DNA of 35,369 bases, taken from positions 1-35,369 of the forward strand of contig JBEDBL010000002.1 in the NCBI GenBank assembly GCA_041177245.1. The letters run 5' to 3'. How positions within the stretch are numbered: the first letter of the stretch is position 1; every line of letters begins with the position of its first letter. The notes under the pieces were generated by a model. That model was not told where the DNA came from and ran no database searches. It saw only the letters and a list, made by a program, of their open reading frames with translations. A program made the translations under genes and the position numbers. The stretch comes from Verrucomicrobiota bacterium. Its GTDB lineage: Bacteria > Verrucomicrobiota > Verrucomicrobiia > Chthoniobacterales > JACTMZ01. This document shows, piece after piece, positions 25,644 through 34,700 of the stretch.

Positions 25644-27668
25644 TCAGGGCGCAGTGCTTCGGACGCGGTAGAAGTCTTTCCCCGAGGCCGGAACACGAAA
25701 CTCGCGCCGGATATAATCCGCCGGCAAGAGGAGACCGCTCTGGTTGGATGCGTTGGATATGGAAAGGCCTGTTGCAACCGTCCAAAAGTTGGTCAACGCG
25801 CTGTTTTTCTGCACCTCGTAAGTGGCACCATCGATGCGTTGGACCCAATTGAACACGGCGTTGGACCCCACCGCTGTCACCGTCATGAGCGCGGGCGTCC
25901 CGAGCGTCGGGTTCCCGTCGAAGGCGTATTCCACATCGTTGACAAAGCCGTCGCTGTCCGGATCGGCGGTGCCATTGGTGTCGAACAGACCCGCATTCGT
26001 GGTCCAGTAATCAGCCCAAGCCGAATAGCCGCCGACCGATGTCACGGTCACGGTGCTGCTGGCGGGAGTGAAGGAACCCTGCACACCGGAGAGGCCGGCG
26101 AAGACAACGCTACGGGTTCCCGTAAATGACCCACTGAAAAGCTGGTAAGTTGAACCGACCACGGGCGCGGGTGAGACCGACGACATGGTGATAGCCGCTG
26201 TGCCGACGTCCGCGGTAAAATTTGATTTCGCCACACGGAGAATTCCCCCATCCACCGAAGTGGCGCCCGTGTAGGAGTTGGAACCCGAAAGGATCAGCGT
26301 GCCATTGCCCGACTTGGTAAGACCAGTAGCTCCATCTATGCTTCCAGAGAAGGTTTCGCTGGCCGAAGCCTTGTTGACCGTCAGAGTTCCCGCCGCGTTG
26401 TAGAACTGGCCTGCGCCGGTCAAACCAGCGATGGTCAGATTATTGCTCGTTTTGTAAAAACCCGTCGCCGAGAAAGACGCTCCCGAGGCAATCTGAACCG
26501 CGCTCGCGCTGGAGATGGCGCCGGCACCGTCCAACCGCAACTGGCCAGCCTCGACCACCGTGGGACCGGTGTAGGTATTCGCACTCCAGAGTGAAGCATT
26601 CCCGGCGTTCGCCTTGGTCAGGGAACCCGCGCCGCTGACGACGTTGGTCATATCCGCGGTGATCACAAGGCTTGCATTGTTGGTGATGCTGCCGCCGATC
26701 GCACATCCCTCGGAAAGCATCAAGGCTCCGGCCGAAACGAGCGTGCCCCCGGCACATGAGTTGGACGAAGCGAGCACCAGAGTCCCCCCGCCCGCCTTGA
26801 GCAAACCGGCTGGCGCGCCGCCCAAAGATACGGAGTTGGTCACGCTCTGGCCGCTGGCGACATCGAAATTATAGCGGGCGACATCGAAGGTGATGAGGCC
26901 GAATGGCGCCACACTCTGCGTGCCGGCCAACTGCCAGACCGCAGCCGTGAAGTTCTCGCCGGCGAGCGCATCGATCTCGAACACGGCCATGTCCACGGTG
27001 CCGTTGCGCACCAACTGCGCGGAATAAACGGTTCCCGTGGATCCGGTGTAAATGCTCACATAATCCGGGGCATACGTTCCGTTCGCTGCAGTGTCGACCG
27101 TAATCCCGACACGGTAGGTGGCGGACATTCCCATAGTGAAGGCAAATGCCTCGCCGAAGTAGCCGTTGCCGTCACCCGACGGCGTGTTGTAGGGCCCCTG
27201 ATTGGCCGCAACCGAGAGCGATCCCTGTCGGTAGATGGTCGATCCGTCCGGACCCAGAAAAGTCGGATAACCACCGAAATTGACGAAGGTGCCAGCACCC
27301 CCGGTGACCGAACTCAACATCACAGGCGCGGAATACAGAGTCGGGTTGCCGGATGCGGAGATACCCAGATCGTTGCCTCCGGAAACACCCTCGCCAACAT
27401 TGCTGGGCGACGCAATGGGTGTGGGCCTGATCTGGTAGTAGCCGGCAGTTCCGTAAACTTCGCTACCGCCGAGATCGAAAGTTTTCGGCGCGGCAGGAGA
27501 CGACCAATTTTGCGGGGCGTACGCCGGGCCAATCCCCTCCTCGACTCCAAGGAACGCAATGCTGGCTGCGTCGACACTAAAGGCCGATCCGGCCAGCAAG
27601 ACAGCTGCAGCGCATGCTGGCAGGCAAGTCCATCGGGAGGAGGTTGATGTCATCTGAAGCGTCTTCAT
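25644..27668 (-). CDS. Surface/secreted protein: conserved N-terminal head domain + autotransporter-associated beta-strand (PATR) repeats + C-terminal DPDSDG (thrombospondin-type-3-like) segment; no PEP-CTERM
   Basis: ATG 27668 gives MKTLQMTSTSSRWTCLPACAAAVLLAGSAFSVDA|ASIAF; the track start 27827 is TTG. PATR units: GGGTLVLASSNSCAGGTLVSAGALML and GNGTLILSGSNSYTGATSVDGGILRV. C-terminus: TADPDSDGFVNDVEYAFDGNP...FYRVRSTAP. Confidence 0.85.
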   Translation of the reverse strand: MKTLQMTSTSSRWTCLPACAAAVLLAGSAFSVDAASIAFLGVEEGIGPAYAPQNWSSPAAPKTFDLGGSEVYGTAGYYQIRPTPIASPSNVGEGVSGGNDLGISASGNPTLYSAPVMLSSVTGGAGTFVNFGGYPTFLGPDGSTIYRQGSLSVAANQGPYNTPSGDGNGYFGEAFAFTMGMSATYRVGITVDTAANGTYAPDYVSIYTGSTGTVYSAQLVRNGTVDMAVFEIDALAGENFTAAVWQLAGTQSVAPFGLITFDVARYNFDVASGQSVTNSVSLGGAPAGLLKAGGGTLVLASSNSCAGGTLVSAGALMLSEGCAIGGSITNNASLVITADMTNVVSGAGSLTKANAGNASLWSANTYTGPTVVEAGQLRLDGAGAISSASAVQIASGASFSATGFYKTSNNLTIAGLTGAGQFYNAAGTLTVNKASASETFSGSIDGATGLTKSGNGTLILSGSNSYTGATSVDGGILRVAKSNFTADVGTAAITMSSVSPAPVVGSTYQLFSGSFTGTRSVVFAGLSGVQGSFTPASSTVTVTSVGGYSAWADYWTTNAGLFDTNGTADPDSDGFVNDVEYAFDGNPTLGTPALMTVTAVGSNAVFNWVQRIDGATYEVQKNSALTNFWTVATGLSISNASNQSGLLLPADYIRREFRVPASGKDFYRVRSTAP
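26232..26591 (-). repeat. ~120-aa PATR 'LW..N.YTG...LDG.G...LQ(V/I)ASGA.FS.TG...SNN.T.AGL.GAG' module, copy 1 of 5 (gene 25644-27668)
   Basis: Encodes LWSANTYTGPTVVEAGQLRLDGAGAISSASAVQIASGASFSATGFYKTSNNLTIAGLTGAGQFYNAAGTLTVNKASASETFSGSIDGATGLTKSGNGTLILSGSNSYTGATSVDGGILRV. Confidence 0.75.
26868..27566 (-). other. Conserved unassigned 'head' domain, copy in gene 25644-27668 (~233 aa)
   Basis: Runs from ASIAFLGVEEG...QNWSSP...VYGTAGYYQIRP...NPTLYSAPVMLSSVTGGAG...GPDGSTIY...GPYNTPSG..GYFGEAFAFTM...GTYAPDYVSIY...AVWQLAGTQS to FGLITFDVARYN. Confidence 0.7.
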
Positions 27669-27754
27669 AGGCTTTGGTCGGTTGGGAGAACGGCGAAGGT
27701 GGCGTGTTTCGACTGGAAAATTATTCCCGGCCCGAGAGTCTGCGTCCCGTCCCG

Positions 27755-27827
27755 GAAATTGCGCACGGGGATAATAGCTCGGTCCGCGCATTTCTGCGAC
27801 TCGAACGCACCCGAGCCAGAAATGCAA
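27755..27827 (-). promoter_or_regulatory. Three-copy GAAATGC-core repeat giving two mutually exclusive hairpins (or a multi-site operator) in the 309-nt leader upstream of gene 25644-27668
   Basis: On the plus strand, GCATTTCTG (27788-27796) is a perfect 9-nt inverted repeat of CAGAAATGC (27817-27825), with a 20-nt spacer. The overlapping GCGCATTTC (27786-27794) also pairs with GAAATTGCGC (27755-27764), leaving a one-base bulge. The middle copy cannot pair with both at once. Confidence 0.4.
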
Positions 27828-27977
27828 TTTATCGAGCGAGGGGGCAGAAAGTGTGATGCCGGCGAAATCACAGTCGGGAGGACATTAGGGATACAATACT
27901 TGAACTCTGCGGAACCGACCTTCAAGACCGCGCCAAAGACTCCCGAAACCGTGCCATGCCCGACGCGACCAAAGGTC

Positions 27978-30900
27978 TTATTTCCCGGGAGCGTGCTCAC
28001 CGGTCGCCTTGCGTCTGGAATGGCGCCAGCGGGCGCCAGCCGCGAGAAGGAGAAGCACAGCGCCCGAAGCAAAGGTACCCGGCTCCGGCACGGGCGCGCC
28101 GGCGCCAGTGTAGGTGAGGAACAAATCATTGTTCGCATCCACGGCCAGACTGAAAAGGCCGGAGGCTCCGACAAAACCACCCGTGCCGTTGTTTGCCGAA
28201 GTGTTGATATTGAACAGGTTCGTATTGAAGGCGCCGGAGATCCCCACAGAGGCGAGGATTTTCCAAGAGTAGTTTTGCGAGGCATCGAAACCCGTCGCAA
28301 CACCCGCCGTGTCGGGGAGGCCCGAGAGCGACCAGAGGTTGATGTTGAATTTGTTGCTCGTGCTCAGCCCGTTGATATCCCAAGTGCCGCCGGTCACGTT
28401 GATCAAATCCCACGTGTTGGTCTGCCCGGCTGTGCCGCTCACGTTGAAGATCTGCCAGTTGTAATTGCCGCCGCCCGACCAAGTGAGCCCGTTGGTGATG
28501 GTCAATGTGCCGGGAGAATTCCCCGGCGCGATCGTGCCGCCGTTTTGAACTGTCACCGATGCCACTGATCCGCTGCCACCGAGGCTGGCACCATTTTGCA
28601 CGGTAGTCGCACTGCTGATCGAGCCGTTGACAACCAAACTACCAGCGCTCACCGCAGTCGCACCGGTATAACTGTTGGCACCGGATAGCGTCCAGGTGCC
28701 CGCACCCGATTTCGTCACTGCCGTTCCTCCGCTGATCACGCCGGAAAACGTGTCGCTGCCCGAAGCCTTGTTGACGGCGAGCGTTCCAGCCGCATTGTAG
28801 ACATTCCCCGCACCACTCAGACCGGCGATTGTCAAATTGTTGCTGGTTTTAAAGAGACCCGTAGCCGAGAACGTAGCGCCAGAGGCGACTTGCAGCGTGC
28901 TGCTGCTGGAGATTTCACCCGCTCCGTCCAGTTGCAACTGGCCCGCCTCGACAACAGTGGCTCCGGTGTAGGTGTTGGGATTCCAAAGTGAAGCGGTGGA
29001 TCCGGTTGCTTTGGTCAATGAACCGCTACCGCTCACGACATTGGTCAAATCCGCGCCAATCCTCAGGCCGGCGTTATTCGTAATGCCGCCAGCGATGAAA
29101 CCGCCACTGCCCAATTCCAGGGTGCCAGCCGAGATGAGCGTGCCTCCGGTATATGAATTGCTCGCCGTGAGCGTGGTCGTGCCAGCGGACAACTTCGTCA
29201 CGCCACCGCTGCCCGAAATGCTGCCGCTATGCGTGTAGGCATCCGAGCGGTCGAAGACCAACTGCGCCGCGTTATCACTCAAAGCGGTGCTGCCCGAATA
29301 AGAACCTGTGGTCCCGCCATTACCGATACGCACCGTGCTGGTCGATACGGTGAGACCGCCTGTGCTGGTCACCGCTCCGGTTAAGCGCGTTTCACCCGAA
29401 CTGGAAACCAAGGCGCCAGCACCGGAGATGGAATTAGCCACCACGTTGGTTCCGCTCACCGCAAACTCAAGGGACCCGGAGCTTGCGTTCGAGATGGTAA
29501 TTGCGCCCGAACCCAGACGCCCATTGCCAGAGACACTGAGACGGCCCCCTTGAATATCGGTGGCGCCGCTGTAGCTATTGCTTGCCGTGAGGATTAGAGA
29601 ACCTGTTCCGGTCTTGGTCAGACCACCCGTGCCAAGACTGATCGCATCGTTCACCCGAATATGACCCGCGCCTTCGGTGCTGAGGTTGAAATTGGCCGAC
29701 TCGATCGCGTTTCCAGAAGCGACATCAAGCGTCAGCAAATTGTTTGCCGCCGCCCCGATCCGCGCATCAGCCGCCAGGGTGACCTTGCCTTGCCAGGTGT
29801 TCGTGCCGCTCGCGCTTCGCAAGGCCCCGCCGCTGCCGCCCACACCGAGTCCGCTGATGGTCAGTGCCTCGTCGCCGATCGTAATTCCGCTGCCGCCACC
29901 ATTGGTTCCCTGAATACGGATGACAGCGCCGTTCGCGACGGTCGTTCCGCTATCTGTGCTGCCAAACCCGTTACCACTCGCGAGGTTCACCACCCCGGCG
30001 TTGACTGTTGTCGCACCGGTGTAGCTGTTGCTGCCCGAAATGGAGAACTGACCGGCACCGCTCTTGGTAAGGCTGAGCCCTCCTTGAATGTTGCCGGTGA
30101 GAAGGTCGGTGCCAGAAGTTTTGTTCACCGTCAAGGTGCCCGCGGCCCCAGTCACCGTGCCCGCTCCGGCTAAGCCAGCCACGGTGACATTGTTGCTGGT
30201 GAGGAACGTTCCAGTCATCGAAAACGTGGCACCTGAGTCGACTTGCAAGGTCGTGCTGCTTGAAAGCGCTCCCGATCCGTCCAGTCTAAGCGCGCCACTG
30301 CTGACGACAGTCGCACCCGTGTAGCTATTGGAGCGCCAAAGAATCGATGTCCCAGTGCCTCCCGAAGTCAGACCTGCCGTTCCGGCCAACTCCGCCACAA
30401 TCTCGGCTGCGTTGCTGAGGACAAAACTTCCGCCCGTTTTCGAAAGCGACGCCGGCGCGCCGGCGCTGGTTGCAAGGTATCCGCCATCGAAGGTCACCGA
30501 GCCGGTGCGCGTCATGTTGGTGCGCACATCAAGGTAAGCTCCGCCGCTCACCGTGACCGCTGCGGACGCATCGCCCAGGGCATTGCTCGAAGTGGTGATG
30601 ACGCGTCCACCGGAGATGGTTGTTTCCCCGCTGTAGCTATTGCTGCCGCTCAAAGTCAGCGTGCCGTTGGCCGATTTGGCCAGCGCCCCATTACCGCTGA
30701 TCGCCCCGGACAAGGTCTGATTGGCCGAGGTGTTCACCCGCAAGGAGGCAGAGTTGGTCGTCAGCGATACCGCGCCGCTGTAGTTGCCGGAGGCCAACTG
30801 CCCGGATCCTCCCACTTCCACCGCACCATTGCTGATTGTTGTGGTCCCCTGATACGTGCTGACACCGGTCAAGGCCATGGTTCCCGCGCCCGTCTTGAGC

Positions 30901-31757
30901 AAACCGGCGGCAGAGCCGCCCAAAACCGACGAGTTCGTCTGCGCGCCCGACGCAACGGCAGCGTTGTAACTCGAAACATCGAAGGTGATGAGACCAAACG
31001 CCGCCGCGCTTTGCGTATTGGCCAGTTGCCACAAAGCCGCGGTGAAAGTGTCGCCGGCCGCAGCGGTCACATCAAAAACAGCCATGTCGGGCGTGCCGTC
31101 ACGCGTCAAAAGACTCGAGTAAACACTGCCCGTGCCCCCGTTGTAGATGGAAACATAATCCGGCGCGTAGGTTCCGCTCGCCACCGTGTCCACAGCCACG
31201 CCGATGCGGAAACTTGCTCCCATGCTCGAGCCCATGGTGAAAGAAAACGCCTCTCCGAAGTATCCGCTGTTGCTTCCCGAAGGTGTGTTGAAAGGCCCTT
31301 GATTGACAGGAACTGAAAGTCCGCCCTGTGTGTAGAGCGCAGATCCGTCGGGTCCTCGGAAGATGGAGTAGCTGTTGAAGTTGACATAGTCGCCTGCTCC
31401 GCCCGTGATTGAACTCAACATAACCGGAGCGGAATAGAGGGTCGGATTGGAACCCGCCGTGATGCCGAGGTTGTTCCCCGCGGCCGCACCCGAATAAATG
31501 GTGGAACCTGGCGGATAGGAGATCGGGCGGATCTGGTAGTAGCCCGCAGTTCCGTAGACGTCGCCGCTCAGATCGTAAGCCTTGGAAACACCGGGATTGG
31601 ACCAATTCTGCGTGGCGTATCCACTGCCTGCCGTTCCCGGTTCCACCCCGACGAACGAAATCGTGACCGCTTCGGCAGTCGAAATCGCTGCCCAGACCGC
31701 GACCAAATGCAAAGTGGAGCGCGCAGCGGCAACCATACTGGATCTTGGGGGGATCAT
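27978..31757 (-). CDS. Giant PEP-CTERM-anchored surface protein: conserved head domain + long PATR beta-strand repeat stalk
   Basis: 1259 aa with an ATG start and the signal peptide MIPPRSSMVAAARSTLHLVAVWAAISTAEA|V. Many G.G.L.LSG.NSY(T/S)G.T.(V/I)..G.L units. The C-terminal GAPVPEPGTFASGAVLLLLAAGARWRHSRRK is a canonical PEP-CTERM sorting signal (about 27981-28093). Confidence 0.9.
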   Translation of the reverse strand: MIPPRSSMVAAARSTLHLVAVWAAISTAEAVTISFVGVEPGTAGSGYATQNWSNPGVSKAYDLSGDVYGTAGYYQIRPISYPPGSTIYSGAAAGNNLGITAGSNPTLYSAPVMLSSITGGAGDYVNFNSYSIFRGPDGSALYTQGGLSVPVNQGPFNTPSGSNSGYFGEAFSFTMGSSMGASFRIGVAVDTVASGTYAPDYVSIYNGGTGSVYSSLLTRDGTPDMAVFDVTAAAGDTFTAALWQLANTQSAAAFGLITFDVSSYNAAVASGAQTNSSVLGGSAAGLLKTGAGTMALTGVSTYQGTTTISNGAVEVGGSGQLASGNYSGAVSLTTNSASLRVNTSANQTLSGAISGNGALAKSANGTLTLSGSNSYSGETTISGGRVITTSSNALGDASAAVTVSGGAYLDVRTNMTRTGSVTFDGGYLATSAGAPASLSKTGGSFVLSNAAEIVAELAGTAGLTSGGTGTSILWRSNSYTGATVVSSGALRLDGSGALSSSTTLQVDSGATFSMTGTFLTSNNVTVAGLAGAGTVTGAAGTLTVNKTSGTDLLTGNIQGGLSLTKSGAGQFSISGSNSYTGATTVNAGVVNLASGNGFGSTDSGTTVANGAVIRIQGTNGGGSGITIGDEALTISGLGVGGSGGALRSASGTNTWQGKVTLAADARIGAAANNLLTLDVASGNAIESANFNLSTEGAGHIRVNDAISLGTGGLTKTGTGSLILTASNSYSGATDIQGGRLSVSGNGRLGSGAITISNASSGSLEFAVSGTNVVANSISGAGALVSSSGETRLTGAVTSTGGLTVSTSTVRIGNGGTTGSYSGSTALSDNAAQLVFDRSDAYTHSGSISGSGGVTKLSAGTTTLTASNSYTGGTLISAGTLELGSGGFIAGGITNNAGLRIGADLTNVVSGSGSLTKATGSTASLWNPNTYTGATVVEAGQLQLDGAGEISSSSTLQVASGATFSATGLFKTSNNLTIAGLSGAGNVYNAAGTLAVNKASGSDTFSGVISGGTAVTKSGAGTWTLSGANSYTGATAVSAGSLVVNGSISSATTVQNGASLGGSGSVASVTVQNGGTIAPGNSPGTLTITNGLTWSGGGNYNWQIFNVSGTAGQTNTWDLINVTGGTWDINGLSTSNKFNINLWSLSGLPDTAGVATGFDASQNYSWKILASVGISGAFNTNLFNINTSANNGTGGFVGASGLFSLAVDANNDLFLTYTGAGAPVPEPGTFASGAVLLLLAAGARWRHSRRKATGEHAPGK
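28623..28988 (-). repeat. PATR module, copy 2 of 5 (distal copy in gene 27978-31757)
   Basis: Encodes LWNPNTYTGATVVEAGQLQLDGAGEISSSSTLQVASGATFSATGLFKTSNNLTIAGLSGAGNVYNAAGTLAVNKASGSDTFSGVISGGTAVTKSGAGTWTLSGANSYTGATAVSAGSLVVNG. By eye this is the copy closest to copy 1. Confidence 0.75.
29982..30341 (-). repeat. PATR module, copy 3 of 5 (proximal copy in gene 27978-31757)
   Basis: Encodes LWRSNSYTGATVVSSGALRLDGSGALSSSTTLQVDSGATFSMTGTFLTSNNVTVAGLAGAGTVTGAAGTLTVNKTSGTDLLTGNIQGGLSLTKSGAGQFSISGSNSYTGATTVNAGVVNL. Confidence 0.75.
30963..31667 (-). other. Conserved unassigned 'head' domain, copy in gene 27978-31757 (~235 aa)
   Basis: VTISFVGVEPG...QNWSNP...VYGTAGYYQIRP...NPTLYSAPVMLSSITGGAG...GPDGSALY...GPFNTPSG..GYFGEAFSFTM...GTYAPDYVSIY...ALWQLANTQS...FGLITFDVSSYN. 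Confidence 0.7.
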
Positions 31758-31783
31758 GGCTTGGGGAAACCTACGCTTTAAGA

Positions 31784-34700
31784 CTACATCGTGCGGCCGG
31801 CCTGGACCTTCGCCAGCGCGCCATAAGTCCGTGATGCAGTGCCAGCCCGGCAGGCGGACAACAGCAGAAGTCCAAGCACTGCCGCGGCGGCGGCTGAAGT
31901 CGATGACTCAGGGATCGCCGTGATGGTGAAGGTGCTCCCGTTGAAGGTGGAACCTCCGAAACCGCCGGCGCCGCTGAAGGTGAAACCCGAGAGGGAAAGG
32001 CTGTTCGTTGTCTGGAAAATCAGGGTGTTCCCCTGGGTGAAATTGGCCAAGTCGAGCACAAGCAGCGCGCTCGGAGTGTAACCGATTCCGCCGAACTCGA
32101 TTGTCCCGGCCGTTCCCCCGCCGAAGTCGAGGAATGAAGACGCTGTGAGATTGAGGTTGCCGAAGACTTCGCTCACACCGCTGGCACGTTGGATCGTCCC
32201 GCCCGAGAGCGTAACGCCCGCGCCGTTGTTCACTTGGTTGCTTTGCGAGATGAGAAGTATCGCGTTTGTCGCCACGGACACCGACGCGGCCGAAGCTGCC
32301 GCGCCACCGACAGAACTGTTGAGATTCAAAACGCCTGCATCGACGGCGACAGCCCCCGTGTAGGTGTTGTTGCCCGTGACCACGAGAGTTCCTGTCCCTT
32401 GCTTCGTGATTCCCCCGCTGCCACCGAGGTTACCGGATTCCGTAGTCGCTGTGCCGGCATCCACCGTGTAAGTCGCGTTGTTGAGCGTCTTGTTCCCGCT
32501 CAGTGTCACCGTTTGGAGTGTGCGAATGTTATAGATACTCATCGCGTTGGCCACCGTGCCCGACGCATTGATCTGTAGTGTCGATGAAGAGTTGCTCTGC
32601 GTGATCATGCCGCTGCCCGCCGCACTCGCGTTGTCCAACCTCAAGAACCCCTCGCCCAGAACCGTTCCGCCGCTGTAGCTGTTGGCAGCGCCTAGGATCA
32701 GCGATCCGGTGCCGAGTTTGGTCAGACCTCCCGCGCCCAAGCTGATCGCATCGTTGACTTGGATATGGCCCGCTCCCTCGGTGGTAAAGTTGAAGTCCGC
32801 CGACTCGACCGCGTTCCCAGACGCGACATCCAATGTCAAAAAGCTGCTGGCCGCAGATCCAATCCGCGCATCGCCGGACAAGGTGACTTTCCCTTGCCAG
32901 GTGTTTGTTCCGGAAACGCTGCGCAAAGCCCCGCCGTTGCCGGCACGGCCTTGGCCGATGATGGTCAAAGCCTCCGCGCCGACGGTGATGCCGCTGCCGC
33001 CATTGTTCGTGCCCTGAATACGCAAGACGGAACCGTTCCCCACAATTGTGCCGGCCGCCGTGCTGCCCAAGCTGCTGGCGTGAACAAGATTAAGAACATT
33101 GTCCGACCCTCCGACCGTGGTGATCCCCGTGTAGTTGTTGCTCCCAGCGAGCCACAATTGGGTGTAGTCGGCCAGAGTGAGTCCGATGCCGCCCTGGATA
33201 CTTCCGGTAAAAACATCCGAACTCGTCGTGGGCTTGCTGACCGTCAGCGTCCCCGCCGCTCCCGTGACTGTGCCCGCGCCAGTCAAACCGGACACCGTGA
33301 CATTATTGCTCGGCGCAAAAAATCCGGTGGTGGAAAATGTAGCACCGGAAGCCACTTGAAGTGCGCTGTTGCTCGAGATCATACCCGCGCCATCCAACCG
33401 CACCACACCGCCCTCCACCACGGTGGCACCGGAGTAGCTGTTGGCCACCCAGATGGAAATAGTGGAACTGCCACTTTTGGTCAGTGAACCGGTTCCGCTC
33501 ACCGCATTGACCAAATCTCCGCGGATAATGAGGCTGGCGTTGTTGGTGATGCCGCCGCTGAGCACTGCACCGTTGAGATCGAGCGCACCCGCCGAGATGA
33601 GCGTTCCGCCCGAGTAGGAGTTCGAGCCCGACAAGACCAGTGTCCCCGCCCCCGCCTTGTTAAGGCGAACGCCCCCGGTGATTTGACCGGAAAACGTGTC
33701 GCTGCCGGAGGCCTTGTCCACGCTGAATGAACCCGCACCCCCGGTCACCGTCCCCGCTCCCGTCAGCCCGGCGACGGTCAAATTGTTGCTGGTGAGGAAA
33801 GTGCCGGTTGACGAGAAGGTCGCGCCTGAAGCGACTTGCAGCGTGGTGTTGGTCGAGAGACCGCCCGAACCGTCCAACCTCAGCGTGCCGCTGTTGACCA
33901 CGGTTGCCCCCGTGTAGCTGTTCGAGCGCCAAAGAATCGCGACGCCCGTGCCACCCGAGGTCAGGCCAGCCGAACCGCCCAACTGTGCGACGATTTCCGC
34001 GGCGTTGGTGAGCACAAAGCTTCCGCCGTTGTTGATCAGCGAAGCCGGTGCGCCGTCGGCAGTCGCCAGATATCCCCCGTCGAAGGTTACCGTCCCAGTG
34101 CGCGTGATGTTCGTGCGCACATCGAGGTAAGCGCCACCGCTGACTGTGACCGCCGAGGATGCGTCACCCAATGCGTTCGCAGAAGTCGCGATGAGGCGCC
34201 CCCCCGAAATGGTCGTGCCCCCGCTGTAGCTGTTACTACCACTCAAAGTCAGTGTGCCATTAACAGATTTGGACAAAGAACCGCTGCCGCTGATCGCGCC
34301 GGACAAAATCTGGTTGGCCGAGGTTGCGATGCGGAGCGAGGCCGTGTTGGTGGCGAGCGATACCGCGCCGGTATAGCTGCCGCCGGCCAACCGGCCCGCG
34401 CCGCCTACCTCGACCGCGCCATTGCTGATCGTCGTGGTGCCTTGATATGTGCTGACACCCGTTAGCACCGTTGTTCCCGCTCCGGTCTTGAGCAGCGCCG
34501 CCGGTGCGCCACCGAGAACCGCAGAATTGGTCTGCAGACCGGAGACGACATCCAAATTGTAACGCGACACATCGAAGGTAATCAGACCAAAAGCCGCGGC
34601 GCTCTGCGTCCCGGCCAACTGCCACAAAGCCGCGCTGAAACTTTCGCCCGCGGACGCAGTGAGGTCGAAGAAAACCATGTCTGGCGTGCCGTCACGCGTC

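Noticed and set aside
27951-27956. TGGCAC on the minus strand just downstream of the stop of gene 27978-31757; considered as a sigma-54 -24 element for the next gene.
   Set aside because: The required -12 element (TTGC about 5 nt downstream) is absent; the sequence reads TGGCAC-GGTTT-CGGGA.
34199-34205. Run of seven C (G7 on the coding strand) inside the surface-protein gene 31784-35353 (codons ISGGRLI); considered as a slipped-strand phase-variation tract.
   Set aside because: Seven residues is short for contingency loci, and similar 6-7-nt runs occur in housekeeping-type genes here (for example in fucP near 7995). The paralog simply lacks the tract at the equivalent position. There is no evidence of variability from a single sequence.
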